Assembly (NCBI GenBank): GCA_050304475.1
Contig: JBNLDQ010000009.1
Coordinates: forward strand, 236,360-300,359
Direction of reading: 5' to 3'
Length of the DNA: 64,000 nucleotides
DNA from: Turneriellaceae bacterium
GTDB lineage: Bacteria; Spirochaetota; Leptospiria; Turneriellales; JAOUFE01
Below, piece by piece: positions 9,885 to 19,049 of the stretch. The notes beneath the pieces are model-generated. The model did no database searches. It had not been told where the DNA came from and saw only the letters and a list, made by a program, of their open reading frames with translations. The position numbers were made by a program, and so were the translations under genes. Position 1 is the stretch's first letter, and the number at the start of each line of letters is the position of its first letter.

Positions 9885-12800
9885 ATGAAAGAATACATGT
9901 ACCGCGGTGCGGTCAAACAAGCGGTTAAAATTTTATGCGCCGCCTCGTTCATTATTGCCATTGGCACGACCTTTTATATCATCGGAAAAACCACACGCAT
10001 CAATCAAACAAATAGCGCTCACATGATAGAGATGGGCCGCATAACGGCAGCAAAACTTTCGTTAAAATTAAGCGTACTGAAAACAGCGGCTTTTGAGATG
10101 AGCCGTAAAATGGAACAATTTTCATACAACGCAAAAACAAGTGAAATTTATCTGGCTCTTGAAGATGTCGTAACGCAAGTTGAAAAAAATATGGAACAAT
10201 ATGTTACCGGACTTTGCCAAAGCGAATCGACGGAATACCAGGTCTATTCGGGAATTTGCGACAATCTTACACCCGGCGATTTTCAAAGCGATATTTTTCA
10301 AATCGGTCTGGGGATGGTACCGGAGCTCAATGACGGCAAAACGTTTCGCCTCGGTTCAAATATCCGAACCGGCCAACCCCATTTGTTTCTTCCATACATT
10401 AGAAAAAAAGGATTGGAAGAGAGAGTCCCCGAAGATTGTATCGACCCCGGCAAAAACTCAAAATATTACCATTGTACGGGAGTCGATACACCGCTTGAAA
10501 ATGTCCGTGATACAAATCTGGATTACTCCAGCAGGCTCAACCCGTTGGATTGGTACCAAAAGCCGCTCCGGTACGGAAACTCTTGGGTGCCCCCTTACTT
10601 TGACGATTTTACCGACGCATACTTGATCGAATACGGCACAACCTTTCACCGCAAAGGCTTTGCCAAACCCGCCGGGGTGATCTATGTAAATTATGATTTT
10701 CATACAATGGACTCCATTGTTGAAAAACTGGATTTAGGCGAAACCGGATACCTGGTCGGCTTTCATCGCCTTGAAAATTGCCAGCGCCATAAAAAAACGC
10801 TCTTGCCCGAAGAACGAAAATATTTATACGAACCCAATGTTTTTATTCACCCGGTCTGGGAAAACGTTGGCCAGAAAAAAACCATGTATGACGTTTTCAA
10901 TATTTATGAGCCCCAAGAGGCGGAAGATCCGGACAATTTTGAAAATGAAGAGCGGGAGCGCTGCAACAGCGACTATAGCCTTCACCCGCTAACCGATGCC
11001 GGCACCACAAAAGATCTCTACTGGAAAGAATACCGGGAAGAACATGAAAACGACATGCAAAATTCCAACGCCTCAAAATCAATCCATACCATGATGCACC
11101 TCGCCCTGGACGGTTACTCCGGTTTAATTGACTACCGATACGCCGAAGACGACGAGCAAAAGACGATACACCGCAAATTTCAAGAAGGGCAGATGGCATA
11201 CTACGGAGCTTTTAAGCCCGAAATTATTGGCGAGAAGGTTAAAACGAATGACCGTTGGGGGTTTATTTTGTTCCCCGACCAAACCTTGAGCAAAGAGATT
11301 GCCTATGAAAAACGAATACTGATTCCAACGTTTATCGCCTATCTTCTTGCTTTTATTCTGACGTTGTTTTTATCAATCGGTTACCGAAACGAATGGAGCG
11401 TAAGAAGCGTTTGGGCGATTGTTTTATTCTCTTCCGTTTTATTGATCATCGTGATTAACCTGATCTGGAAAATGGACAACATTATCCAGGCTGAAAAAAT
11501 ATTTGAAATGAATCCTGTTTTGCATTCCGGCTCTTATGACGACTATCTATCCGATATTGAAAAAAAACTAATCCGCCGTATCAAAGGCTCGCCCGACTTG
11601 TATCGCAACCTGGAAGAAGATTGGGTAACCGGAAAGCGTAGATTTGGCAAATTGTACTACCGAGTGCCTACGGGCGTTTATATACAATCTCTTAAGTTTG
11701 AAGGCGCTAACGATGTCCATGTTTCAGGCGTCGTCTGGCAAAAATATTCGCTGCCGATGCAAAAAGCGTTAGACGATGAATCTCTGATGAGTGTCTATTT
11801 CCCGGAAGCGGTAGATTACTCCATGGACAAGAAATTTGACATGCAGTATTCATGTTCGCCTGGCGCGCCGTCCGGCTTGGACAACCAGGCAAAAATTGAC
11901 CGTGTAATAGCCGGCTTTTTACAATCTCCGCCGCAAACGCGGCGACCGGTGAATAAAAAGTATACGAAAGCGGAAGTCGCCTACCGTGATAAAGTGGAAT
12001 GGGTAAAACAAAACTGCAAACGGGTGATTGGCTGGTCTTTTGCGGCGACCTTACGCCAGGAATTCAATTACCATAAATATCCGTTAGACCATAAAGATAT
12101 TTGGATTCGCCTGACCGGTCCCTCTATGAAACGCATTGTACTGGTTCCCGACCTGGCTTCATACACCGATATTTACCCTCCCGCCTTGCCAGGCCTTGCC
12201 GACCGGGATATCTTACCGGGGTGGGATATTCAAAATTCTTTCTTTAACTATGAGTCGAATTTGTACAAAACTCCCAACGGACCCGAGACAAAGCGTGGCG
12301 TTCAAGACCGGCAAATTGGGTGGGAAAAACCCGCCATGGGCGTAGATCAGGATTTTTCGCTGGCAAACTCGCCGGAACTCTACTATCATATAACGGCTTC
12401 ACGGGTTTTTATCAACGCCTTTATTAAAAATTTAATTCCCTTGCTGGTTGTCGCTTTTATTCTCTTTGCCACATTGCTCACCATCACGGGCAACGCCGCT
12501 AAACGAGAAGTGCTCGGTTTTAACCATTCCACAATTATCGCCGCCTGTTCCGGGCTGTTCTTTACGGTTCTTTTGGCTCATATCCAATTGCGCAGCGAGT
12601 TTGAAGTTGAACAAGTGCTTTATCTCGAGTATTTTAATTTTATTCTTTATGTAATGATCTTACTGGTGGCTCTCATGTCATTTTTATTCACCAGCAGCTT
12701 AGAGACAAAAATTCTCGATTACCGGGATAATTTAATCTCGAAGGTTTTATTCTGGCCGCTCATCTTTCTCTTTCTATTGCTGATCACACTTTACATTTTT

Positions 12801-12890
12801 TGGCCGACATTTGACATTTCCGAAAACGGAGAAAACAAAACAACGGCAATGATGGCAACGCCGCTCCGGGGCCGGAGTTCCGTGAATTAA
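9885..12890 (+). CDS. Cache-domain-fused prokaryotic pentameric ligand-gated ion channel (Pro-loop receptor)
   Basis: N-terminal TM, dCache-like DWY...WVPPYFD...GVIYVNY...LGETGY, two TMs, pLGIC ECD (VPTGVYIQSL, VSGVVWQKY, Pro-loop FNYHKYPLDHKDIWIRL, LPGWDI), then SR...KNLIP M1 and four TM helices. Confidence 0.85.
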   Translation: MKEYMYRGAVKQAVKILCAASFIIAIGTTFYIIGKTTRINQTNSAHMIEMGRITAAKLSLKLSVLKTAAFEMSRKMEQFSYNAKTSEIYLALEDVVTQVEKNMEQYVTGLCQSESTEYQVYSGICDNLTPGDFQSDIFQIGLGMVPELNDGKTFRLGSNIRTGQPHLFLPYIRKKGLEERVPEDCIDPGKNSKYYHCTGVDTPLENVRDTNLDYSSRLNPLDWYQKPLRYGNSWVPPYFDDFTDAYLIEYGTTFHRKGFAKPAGVIYVNYDFHTMDSIVEKLDLGETGYLVGFHRLENCQRHKKTLLPEERKYLYEPNVFIHPVWENVGQKKTMYDVFNIYEPQEAEDPDNFENEERERCNSDYSLHPLTDAGTTKDLYWKEYREEHENDMQNSNASKSIHTMMHLALDGYSGLIDYRYAEDDEQKTIHRKFQEGQMAYYGAFKPEIIGEKVKTNDRWGFILFPDQTLSKEIAYEKRILIPTFIAYLLAFILTLFLSIGYRNEWSVRSVWAIVLFSSVLLIIVINLIWKMDNIIQAEKIFEMNPVLHSGSYDDYLSDIEKKLIRRIKGSPDLYRNLEEDWVTGKRRFGKLYYRVPTGVYIQSLKFEGANDVHVSGVVWQKYSLPMQKALDDESLMSVYFPEAVDYSMDKKFDMQYSCSPGAPSGLDNQAKIDRVIAGFLQSPPQTRRPVNKKYTKAEVAYRDKVEWVKQNCKRVIGWSFAATLRQEFNYHKYPLDHKDIWIRLTGPSMKRIVLVPDLASYTDIYPPALPGLADRDILPGWDIQNSFFNYESNLYKTPNGPETKRGVQDRQIGWEKPAMGVDQDFSLANSPELYYHITASRVFINAFIKNLIPLLVVAFILFATLLTITGNAAKREVLGFNHSTIIAACSGLFFTVLLAHIQLRSEFEVEQVLYLEYFNFILYVMILLVALMSFLFTSSLETKILDYRDNLISKVLFWPLIFLFLLLITLYIFWPTFDISENGENKTTAMMATPLRGRSSVN

Positions 12891-12891
12891 T

Positions 12892-15237
12892 ATGGAAACA
12901 AAATACGCAATACAGGAACAGCCCAACGATGTCAGTACGGAAACTCAAGTTGTGAGTTTTCTGAAAAACACAAAACTGTTTCAGGGAATTCCCGATACCG
13001 ATATCAAAAAAATAATCCCCCGCATGGAAATGATCAATGCGCCCACCGAAACGCGGATCATTAAAATGGGCGATATCAGCGATAAAATTTATTTAATTGT
13101 CAAAGGCCGGTGCAGCGTTTCTCTCCCGATGCGATACGACATGGGCGAACATAAATTGGCTTACTTAAAAACAGGCGAATGCTTTGGAGAGATGGGAGTC
13201 GTCACCAAAGAAAAACGCAGCTCAAATATTATTGCCGAAGCCGGCTCTCAAATCCTGGCGTTAAATGAAGATGTTTTTTGGCAAATGGCGGATTCGTCGC
13301 CTCTGATCAATAAAAACATTATTTCCATTTTGTGCGAACGCATTATCTTACGGCAAGACGGGCCGGTTTCCGGAGGCAGATCACCCATTAATTTGCAGAC
13401 CGAACAAAAGCAAATTCTAGACGATTTTGGCAATATCATTAAGGCGTATAGCGCCAATGTCTTTCATGAAAAAACACAGCGAAGCGTGCCGGCCGAAAAA
13501 AGAATCGGCCGAATCAAACGGTTCATTATGTTGAGAACCAACAATTTCGTCCGTTTTATTTTATCCATATTCACAAGACCTTACATCGCATCAGTAGAGG
13601 GTTTGGAAAACATACCGGATGAGCCTGTTATTTTTCTCATGAATTATCGCACCATTTTCGATTTTATTTTTTTTCTTACCGTCCATCGCAAGCTTTCGTC
13701 GCGAAGGAACGTTGTTTTCGGCTTGCAGCTTATCCCCCGGTTAAAGCCATTCTTTTTTATATTGCGGTATCTTTTTGCATCGCTGTTGATCGCTCCGCAA
13801 AGACGGGCCGATAACGACCCTTTGCATGGCTCTGAACAAGTGATTCACCTGGCAAAAGCGATGGAAGGCTCTAAACACAAAAAAATTGATATTGCTTTGC
13901 ATCCGTTTCTCGTGCGTTCCATGCGGTATGACAAACATCTGGAAGATGAACACTTTGAGATTTTTTTACATACGGGCGAAAAACGACCCATTGTTCCCGT
14001 TACATTGACCGGCACGGACAAATTCTGGCCCTTTGAACCTTGGGAGAGAAAATTTTTCAGGCTGCGGGCTTTTATTCAAATGAAGTCGGTTTCGGTTAAA
14101 ATTGGCAAGCCCATTGACCTAAGCCGGGAGGGGTACCGGGAAAAATTTGAAAAATGCAATGGCAAGGTTGAAAAAATCATTCGACTGAACAACAAGATGA
14201 ACGCTAAAATCGGATCGCAAATTGCCGGCCTCGAAGGTCTGGAATATAAACCGGACATTGAAAATGATGCGCACGGTTCAGGCGTTATGCGGCTTTATAA
14301 TAAATCATGGAATAAAAAACTAAGCAAAATGCTGGCTTCGGGTCTTGAATTAAGAAAACACTTTGGCAAAGTTTCCATTAAAATACGTCATTTCATATGG
14401 CATGCCGAAATGCTGAATGTCGCTCTCGAGCACCTGGAATCCGAAGGGTACCCGTTCCCGGCATGGGTGAAAGGAAATTTAATCAAAGGGACAAGTCATG
14501 CGGATATGGAGTACCCGTATTGGTCGATGGATCATTCGTATAACCCGTACAACCAAAAAGGCTTAAAGATGTTTTGTATCCAGTTTCCCGACTTAATGAC
14601 TTCGATGAAAAAATCTCTTGATAAATTAATGAAAAAAATCGATCGGGGCGAGTCTTTTGAACTCATATTAAATGACATTGGTAAAATTTATCACCTTATG
14701 GCGGACCTGGCCGTCCCGGCGCATGTGCATAATATCCCGCATATGTTTATCGATGTACCCCGGATTGGCAAATGCGACTTTGAGGAATTCCTGGGTTTGG
14801 ATGAACAACTCGTCGAGTTGAGCCAATACGATATCAAGGACATTTCTTCCATACGGGTATCAAACTTTGACGAATTTTATCATTGCCTCGATTATATCGC
14901 GCGCCATACATTTTTAAATTCATGTTACTCTATGGATGATTTAAATGAAGTGGCGAAAAAAAGAATGATCACCCGATACCATGATAAAAAAGATCTTTTT
15001 CAAAAATTCAAACGGATGGGAATCACCGTTTCTCCTGTCCAGGGTTTCCAGGACAAGGAACTTTACTATGTGCGTAATTTAACGACGGAACAATGCAAAG
15101 AAGTTTCGTCTAACGTCGTCTATTTTGCGGTTCGGCATATTCTTCCCTGTTTTATTTTCCTGTTACAGGCCGTAAATGAACGGATGATGAAACTGGATGG
15201 CTCCAGGCAGCCCCCAACCAAAGTAACTTACAAATGA
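12892..15237 (+). CDS. Fusion protein: cNMP-binding domain + PlsC-like acyltransferase + Zn-dependent phospholipase C/P1-nuclease-like domain
   Basis: GECFGEMGVVTKEKRSSNIIA (phosphate-binding cassette); VEGLENIP..VIFLMNYRTIFD..PIVPVTLTG..VKIGKPI (LPLAT fold); WH...SHAD...DHSYNP...IGKIYHLMADLAVPAHVH...DFE (Zn-PLC ligands). Confidence 0.75.
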   Translation: METKYAIQEQPNDVSTETQVVSFLKNTKLFQGIPDTDIKKIIPRMEMINAPTETRIIKMGDISDKIYLIVKGRCSVSLPMRYDMGEHKLAYLKTGECFGEMGVVTKEKRSSNIIAEAGSQILALNEDVFWQMADSSPLINKNIISILCERIILRQDGPVSGGRSPINLQTEQKQILDDFGNIIKAYSANVFHEKTQRSVPAEKRIGRIKRFIMLRTNNFVRFILSIFTRPYIASVEGLENIPDEPVIFLMNYRTIFDFIFFLTVHRKLSSRRNVVFGLQLIPRLKPFFFILRYLFASLLIAPQRRADNDPLHGSEQVIHLAKAMEGSKHKKIDIALHPFLVRSMRYDKHLEDEHFEIFLHTGEKRPIVPVTLTGTDKFWPFEPWERKFFRLRAFIQMKSVSVKIGKPIDLSREGYREKFEKCNGKVEKIIRLNNKMNAKIGSQIAGLEGLEYKPDIENDAHGSGVMRLYNKSWNKKLSKMLASGLELRKHFGKVSIKIRHFIWHAEMLNVALEHLESEGYPFPAWVKGNLIKGTSHADMEYPYWSMDHSYNPYNQKGLKMFCIQFPDLMTSMKKSLDKLMKKIDRGESFELILNDIGKIYHLMADLAVPAHVHNIPHMFIDVPRIGKCDFEEFLGLDEQLVELSQYDIKDISSIRVSNFDEFYHCLDYIARHTFLNSCYSMDDLNEVAKKRMITRYHDKKDLFQKFKRMGITVSPVQGFQDKELYYVRNLTTEQCKEVSSNVVYFAVRHILPCFIFLLQAVNERMMKLDGSRQPPTKVTYK

Positions 15238-15686
15238 TTTAAGGACCACCCCAGCAAGGCTGTGATCACCCCGGCAATCAAGGCGGTTCGGTCAATGAAA
15301 GGAGAAATCCTGGCTGCCTTTTCCAGAGCCGTCCGGTTGCCTTGTTTGGTCCATTTTTTTTTCAAGGGCCGCAAAATAAAATGACCGGTATACGCGGCCC
15401 CTAGCGAGATAACCGCAAAAGCTATTTTCAATGTCAAATGAAAGTTTTTTACGGCCAACGGCCAGGTGGCAATCACGAGAATCACGCCAGTGATTCCCAC
15501 GATAAGAATCACTGCGTCGACGACCGGGTGCAGGTAATCCTTAATCAAGCTCTTACCGGATTCCTTCCCCGGGCTTTCCGGGATTCTTTTCATGATGTTC
15601 GATACTAGAATTTGCATCATGAGCATGACAAAAACAAAAGCGGAAGCCGTAATGATATGAAAAAAAACAACCCAGGAATACCACAT
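15228..15686 (-). CDS. Four-TM membrane protein (CopD/DUF4149-like)
   Basis: FFHIITAS N-terminal His and four hydrophobic helices. Confidence 0.55.
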   Translation of the reverse strand: MWYSWVVFFHIITASAFVFVMLMMQILVSNIMKRIPESPGKESGKSLIKDYLHPVVDAVILIVGITGVILVIATWPLAVKNFHLTLKIAFAVISLGAAYTGHFILRPLKKKWTKQGNRTALEKAARISPFIDRTALIAGVITALLGWSLNHL

Positions 15687-15779
15687 AGAAAACTAATGTA
15701 TAAAACTTTATGAAATTCGACTATTTTGATCTCTTTTTATTTGTTCTGTACAAATGATTTCCCCGCTTTTCGCTGGGAC

Positions 15780-16172
15780 ATGTTGCATACGCTGGAAATC
15801 AACACAAAGCGGCGCGAAGAGATGATCGATATCACGCGGCAAGTCCGCGAGGCAATCGGCGCCTCCGGAAAACAAGACGGAGTGGCTCTGGTGTTTATTC
15901 CTCATACCACCTGTGCGGTCACAATCAACGAAAATGCGGATCCGGACGTTCAGCATGATATTTTGCGCTATTTAAAGTCGAGGATTCCGAAAGAGGACGG
16001 CTTCAGGCATTTTGAGGGCAATTCGGATGCGCACATTAAGACACTGCTGACCGGCAATTCGGTACAGGTCATTTTTAACGGGGGTGAGCCTGTGCTGGGC
16101 ACCTGGCAGGGGATCTATTTTTGCGAATACGACGGTCCGCGTTCGAGAAAATGCCATGTGAAAATTTTATAG
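15780..16172 (+). CDS. yjbQ: YjbQ/UPF0047 family protein
   Basis: FIPHTTCAVTINENADPDV, HFEGNSDAHIK and LGTWQGIYFCEYDGPR motifs. Confidence 0.92.
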   Translation: MLHTLEINTKRREEMIDITRQVREAIGASGKQDGVALVFIPHTTCAVTINENADPDVQHDILRYLKSRIPKEDGFRHFEGNSDAHIKTLLTGNSVQVIFNGGEPVLGTWQGIYFCEYDGPRSRKCHVKIL

Positions 16173-16292
16173 ATTGCCTGTTGTGGAATTCCACATCACA
16201 TGTATCGCCGGATAAGACGCCGGGGTGGCGCAGGCTCATTTGCCGTATAGAGCAAATTTTGCGAAATATCCTGAAAAAAAGCTTTTGAAAAG

Positions 16293-16369
16293 GCGATTCT
16301 TTATAAAGAACCTGAAAAATTTGCCCTTCTTCCAGCCCCACCCATCAGGGTGGGGGTGGTTAGGGAAAA
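16293..16369 (-). repeat. Dispersed intergenic hairpin repeat, copy 3
   Basis: Minus strand TTTTCCCTAACCACCCCCACCC-tgat-GGGTGGGGCTGG...AAATTTTTCAGGTTCT...AATCGC; closest to the copy at 4896-4969. Confidence 0.75.
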
Positions 16370-16445
16370 AACACAAATAGCCGGAGCCAGGGGCAGGCTT
16401 GCCCCTTTTTTATTTTCATCCATCGAAAAAAATAGCGATTTTGCG

Positions 16446-16528
16446 CGATTACATGCTTAGAGGTGAAAAATATTCGCTTCCGGTGCCCCCTCCCATCTGA
16501 GGGGTGGGGGGAGGGTTAGCGGGAAAAA
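16446..16528 (-). repeat. Dispersed intergenic hairpin repeat, copy 4 (in tandem with copy 3)
   Basis: Minus strand TTTTCCCGCTAACCCTCCCCCCACCC-ctcagat-GGGAGGGGGCA...ATATTTTTC; starts a few nt after the TonB-like gene stop. Confidence 0.75.
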
Positions 16529-16535
16529 ACAAGCG

Positions 16536-19049
16536 CTACTCCCAATAGTAAGAGATCATAGCGCGGTAAGTGCGGCCCCCCCGCGTTTCCACAGAGTCGC
16601 GGAATTGTTCGCCCGCAATGCTGTATTCGTACAGTTCGGATCTTGAGTCAATCAGATTGTAAATATCAAAAAAGCTTTCCAGCCGGCCGCCCGAAACCGG
16701 TTTGTGATATGAAAAGCGCATATCCCAACAAAAATAGTAGGTAAAACGCGGCATGCCATCCGGCGGTTCGGAGCGGTTTTGGTTCTGAACAATCACAGGT
16801 CCTTGGGAAAGGCCCTCCAGCGCCATCATTTGACCAAACGGCTCTCCGTCGCGGTAGCGTATGAGGTTAGACCAAACAAACCCGTCAAAAGGACGCCAAC
16901 CGGCAATCACATGGCCTACATAACTTCGGTCAAAATCAATACGCGCCAATTGGTTGATTTGCTTGTTGGGATCAGCCGAGCTTTCGCTGATTCTCCCCAT
17001 GTCATTATAGTCCGGTCCATTGCCAATGATTGTCTCGGCCTGGCCGTAATACGCACCGGCAATGAAATTCACAAACCAGTGCGACGAAACGGATTCCATT
17101 TTTAAAATTTGAAGCTCTAAATTAGCGTACAGACCCGGCTCGGTGCGATTGGTCAACAGATAAAGTTCATGGCCGGCTGCAGCGGGGTCGCGATTGTAGG
17201 CGTAACCTTCGCGCGTGTCCGGGCGGTTCACGCGGCTGTAGCCCCCGTTTGCATAACCCATTTCGGGATCATAAACGATGGTGTATAAATTCTGAAAATG
17301 TTTTAGGTGAGCAGAAAAAGCGATAGACCATAAATTTGCGATCGGTTTTCCGGTTCCCAGGTAAATTTCATTGCGCCGCGCCGGTTTTAAGTTTTCATCA
17401 ACCCGGTGAAATGCGCCTCCGGTCCGGTTGATGAGACCTCCGGTTTCATTTGCTTCCGGGATCAAATCGCCGTCGTCGTTCCAGAAATAGCGGGTTCCGG
17501 TTGGGGCGGATGCGTTCGCAAAGACGGCGACATCATTCGTTAACGGGATAGCGTCACTTTGCGCTCCTGTGTACAAGTTCCATTTGCCCAGGTTTTTTTC
17601 AAGGCGAACGGAAGCCACAGGAGCCAACAACCCGAACCGGTTCTTTTTCGATTCGGGCGATTCCGGTAAAAAACCTTCATATTGAACGCCGCCCCGGATC
17701 TGCATTGAACCTCCGGAGATGCCGGCGATGTATTCTCCCGTTGGGGATAACCGTACCATATCATGCGCATATGGCGCGCTGTTTTCAAAGACAGTCATAT
17801 CTGCCGGCGAACCCAAGTATGTACGGGCGAGCAAATTGTCCTGGTAAAGACTTTTGGCAGCGACTCTTTCAATCCGTGTATAAATTATGCCGTTGATGGC
17901 GCCTTGCGAAAAAGAAGCGAGGTTGTTTTTTTGATAACGGGCGCCAAAAAAAGTCGCCGTCTGTTCATAGGGACGGTGCGGATTTCGGTACAGTATTTCG
18001 TCATAGAGATCCCATACCATGGGCGAGTCTTTTTTTTGCAGGTAGCGATCAAAACGATACCCTAAATTCAATGACAACTCATGGTCTTGGTTGGCCGCTT
18101 CATACCCGGCAAACAAGGCATGGTAACCGCCTGCGAGCGCCAACGAAGGGTCTTGGCTTGTTTCTATCCCCGCCTGGTCGCGTTCGCTACCTTGGTACAT
18201 AAAGTCAAATTGCCCGCTTGGCAAACTTTGCGAGTACAAAAAGGTTTGCCGGTACGCTTCTTCATAACCGCTCAGCTTCATAAACGTTCGGGTATGTCTG
18301 TCCAGTTCGTACATTGCCATGGCAGGGTTCCCGCCTATCCCCGAAAAGGCATAACCGGCGGAGCCTTCTACGGAAGGGCCGAATTTGCGCCTTTCCGGCG
18401 AGGCGCCCCAGGCTGTCGATGGTTCGCGGTCTGAAAAACCGACCGGGATCCACGAATCGCCCCCTAAATGACCGGGGTTTGCCAAAGCCAAAAAAGTCCG
18501 GCCATCGTTTAGGGGGTGAAAATTCCATTGGTAGCCCTGCTCGTGCAGATAAAGCGACAGAGGCGAATGAATGGAAAACGTGTTCCAAAACCGGACCGGC
18601 AGGTCGATGAAAGGCCGGCCGGGGTGCCCCGGGTCGCTCAAGTCATGGTTATTGTAGCGATAGCGTTGCCAGCGATTAGATTCGCCATGCAAGCTAATGT
18701 CGTGCGGTTCTACCAATGAAAATCCGCCGGTATCCGGGTTTGACAAGATTGCCCCGGAATACCATGATTCCAGAAGAGAAAAGGTATGGCCGCCGTTTGG
18801 CAAGCGTGCAATGTCATTTCCGGTGAAGGCAAGGTTTTGAAAATTCCAGACGGCAACCGGTTCTTCAACTGTTTTTCTACCCGGCGTTTCGGGTATGGTT
18901 TCGGAAAATTTCTCTTGCGATGAGTCTTGCAAAGTTACCGGGTTTTCTTGCGCTGTCATTTGATACAACGGCGCATGGAAACTCCAGAACGCGGCAAAAA
19001 TTACTATGGCGATTTTTCGAGTTTGTATCATTTTTGCGTTCCGATTCAT
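16536..19049 (-). CDS. TonB-dependent-receptor-like outer-membrane beta-barrel protein
   Basis: Signal peptide, plug-like LPNGGHTFSLLE...HGES, beta-strand alternation, FFDIYNLID near the end and an aromatic C-terminus (MISYYWE). Confidence 0.7.
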   Translation of the reverse strand: MNRNAKMIQTRKIAIVIFAAFWSFHAPLYQMTAQENPVTLQDSSQEKFSETIPETPGRKTVEEPVAVWNFQNLAFTGNDIARLPNGGHTFSLLESWYSGAILSNPDTGGFSLVEPHDISLHGESNRWQRYRYNNHDLSDPGHPGRPFIDLPVRFWNTFSIHSPLSLYLHEQGYQWNFHPLNDGRTFLALANPGHLGGDSWIPVGFSDREPSTAWGASPERRKFGPSVEGSAGYAFSGIGGNPAMAMYELDRHTRTFMKLSGYEEAYRQTFLYSQSLPSGQFDFMYQGSERDQAGIETSQDPSLALAGGYHALFAGYEAANQDHELSLNLGYRFDRYLQKKDSPMVWDLYDEILYRNPHRPYEQTATFFGARYQKNNLASFSQGAINGIIYTRIERVAAKSLYQDNLLARTYLGSPADMTVFENSAPYAHDMVRLSPTGEYIAGISGGSMQIRGGVQYEGFLPESPESKKNRFGLLAPVASVRLEKNLGKWNLYTGAQSDAIPLTNDVAVFANASAPTGTRYFWNDDGDLIPEANETGGLINRTGGAFHRVDENLKPARRNEIYLGTGKPIANLWSIAFSAHLKHFQNLYTIVYDPEMGYANGGYSRVNRPDTREGYAYNRDPAAAGHELYLLTNRTEPGLYANLELQILKMESVSSHWFVNFIAGAYYGQAETIIGNGPDYNDMGRISESSADPNKQINQLARIDFDRSYVGHVIAGWRPFDGFVWSNLIRYRDGEPFGQMMALEGLSQGPVIVQNQNRSEPPDGMPRFTYYFCWDMRFSYHKPVSGGRLESFFDIYNLIDSRSELYEYSIAGEQFRDSVETRGGRTYRAMISYYWE

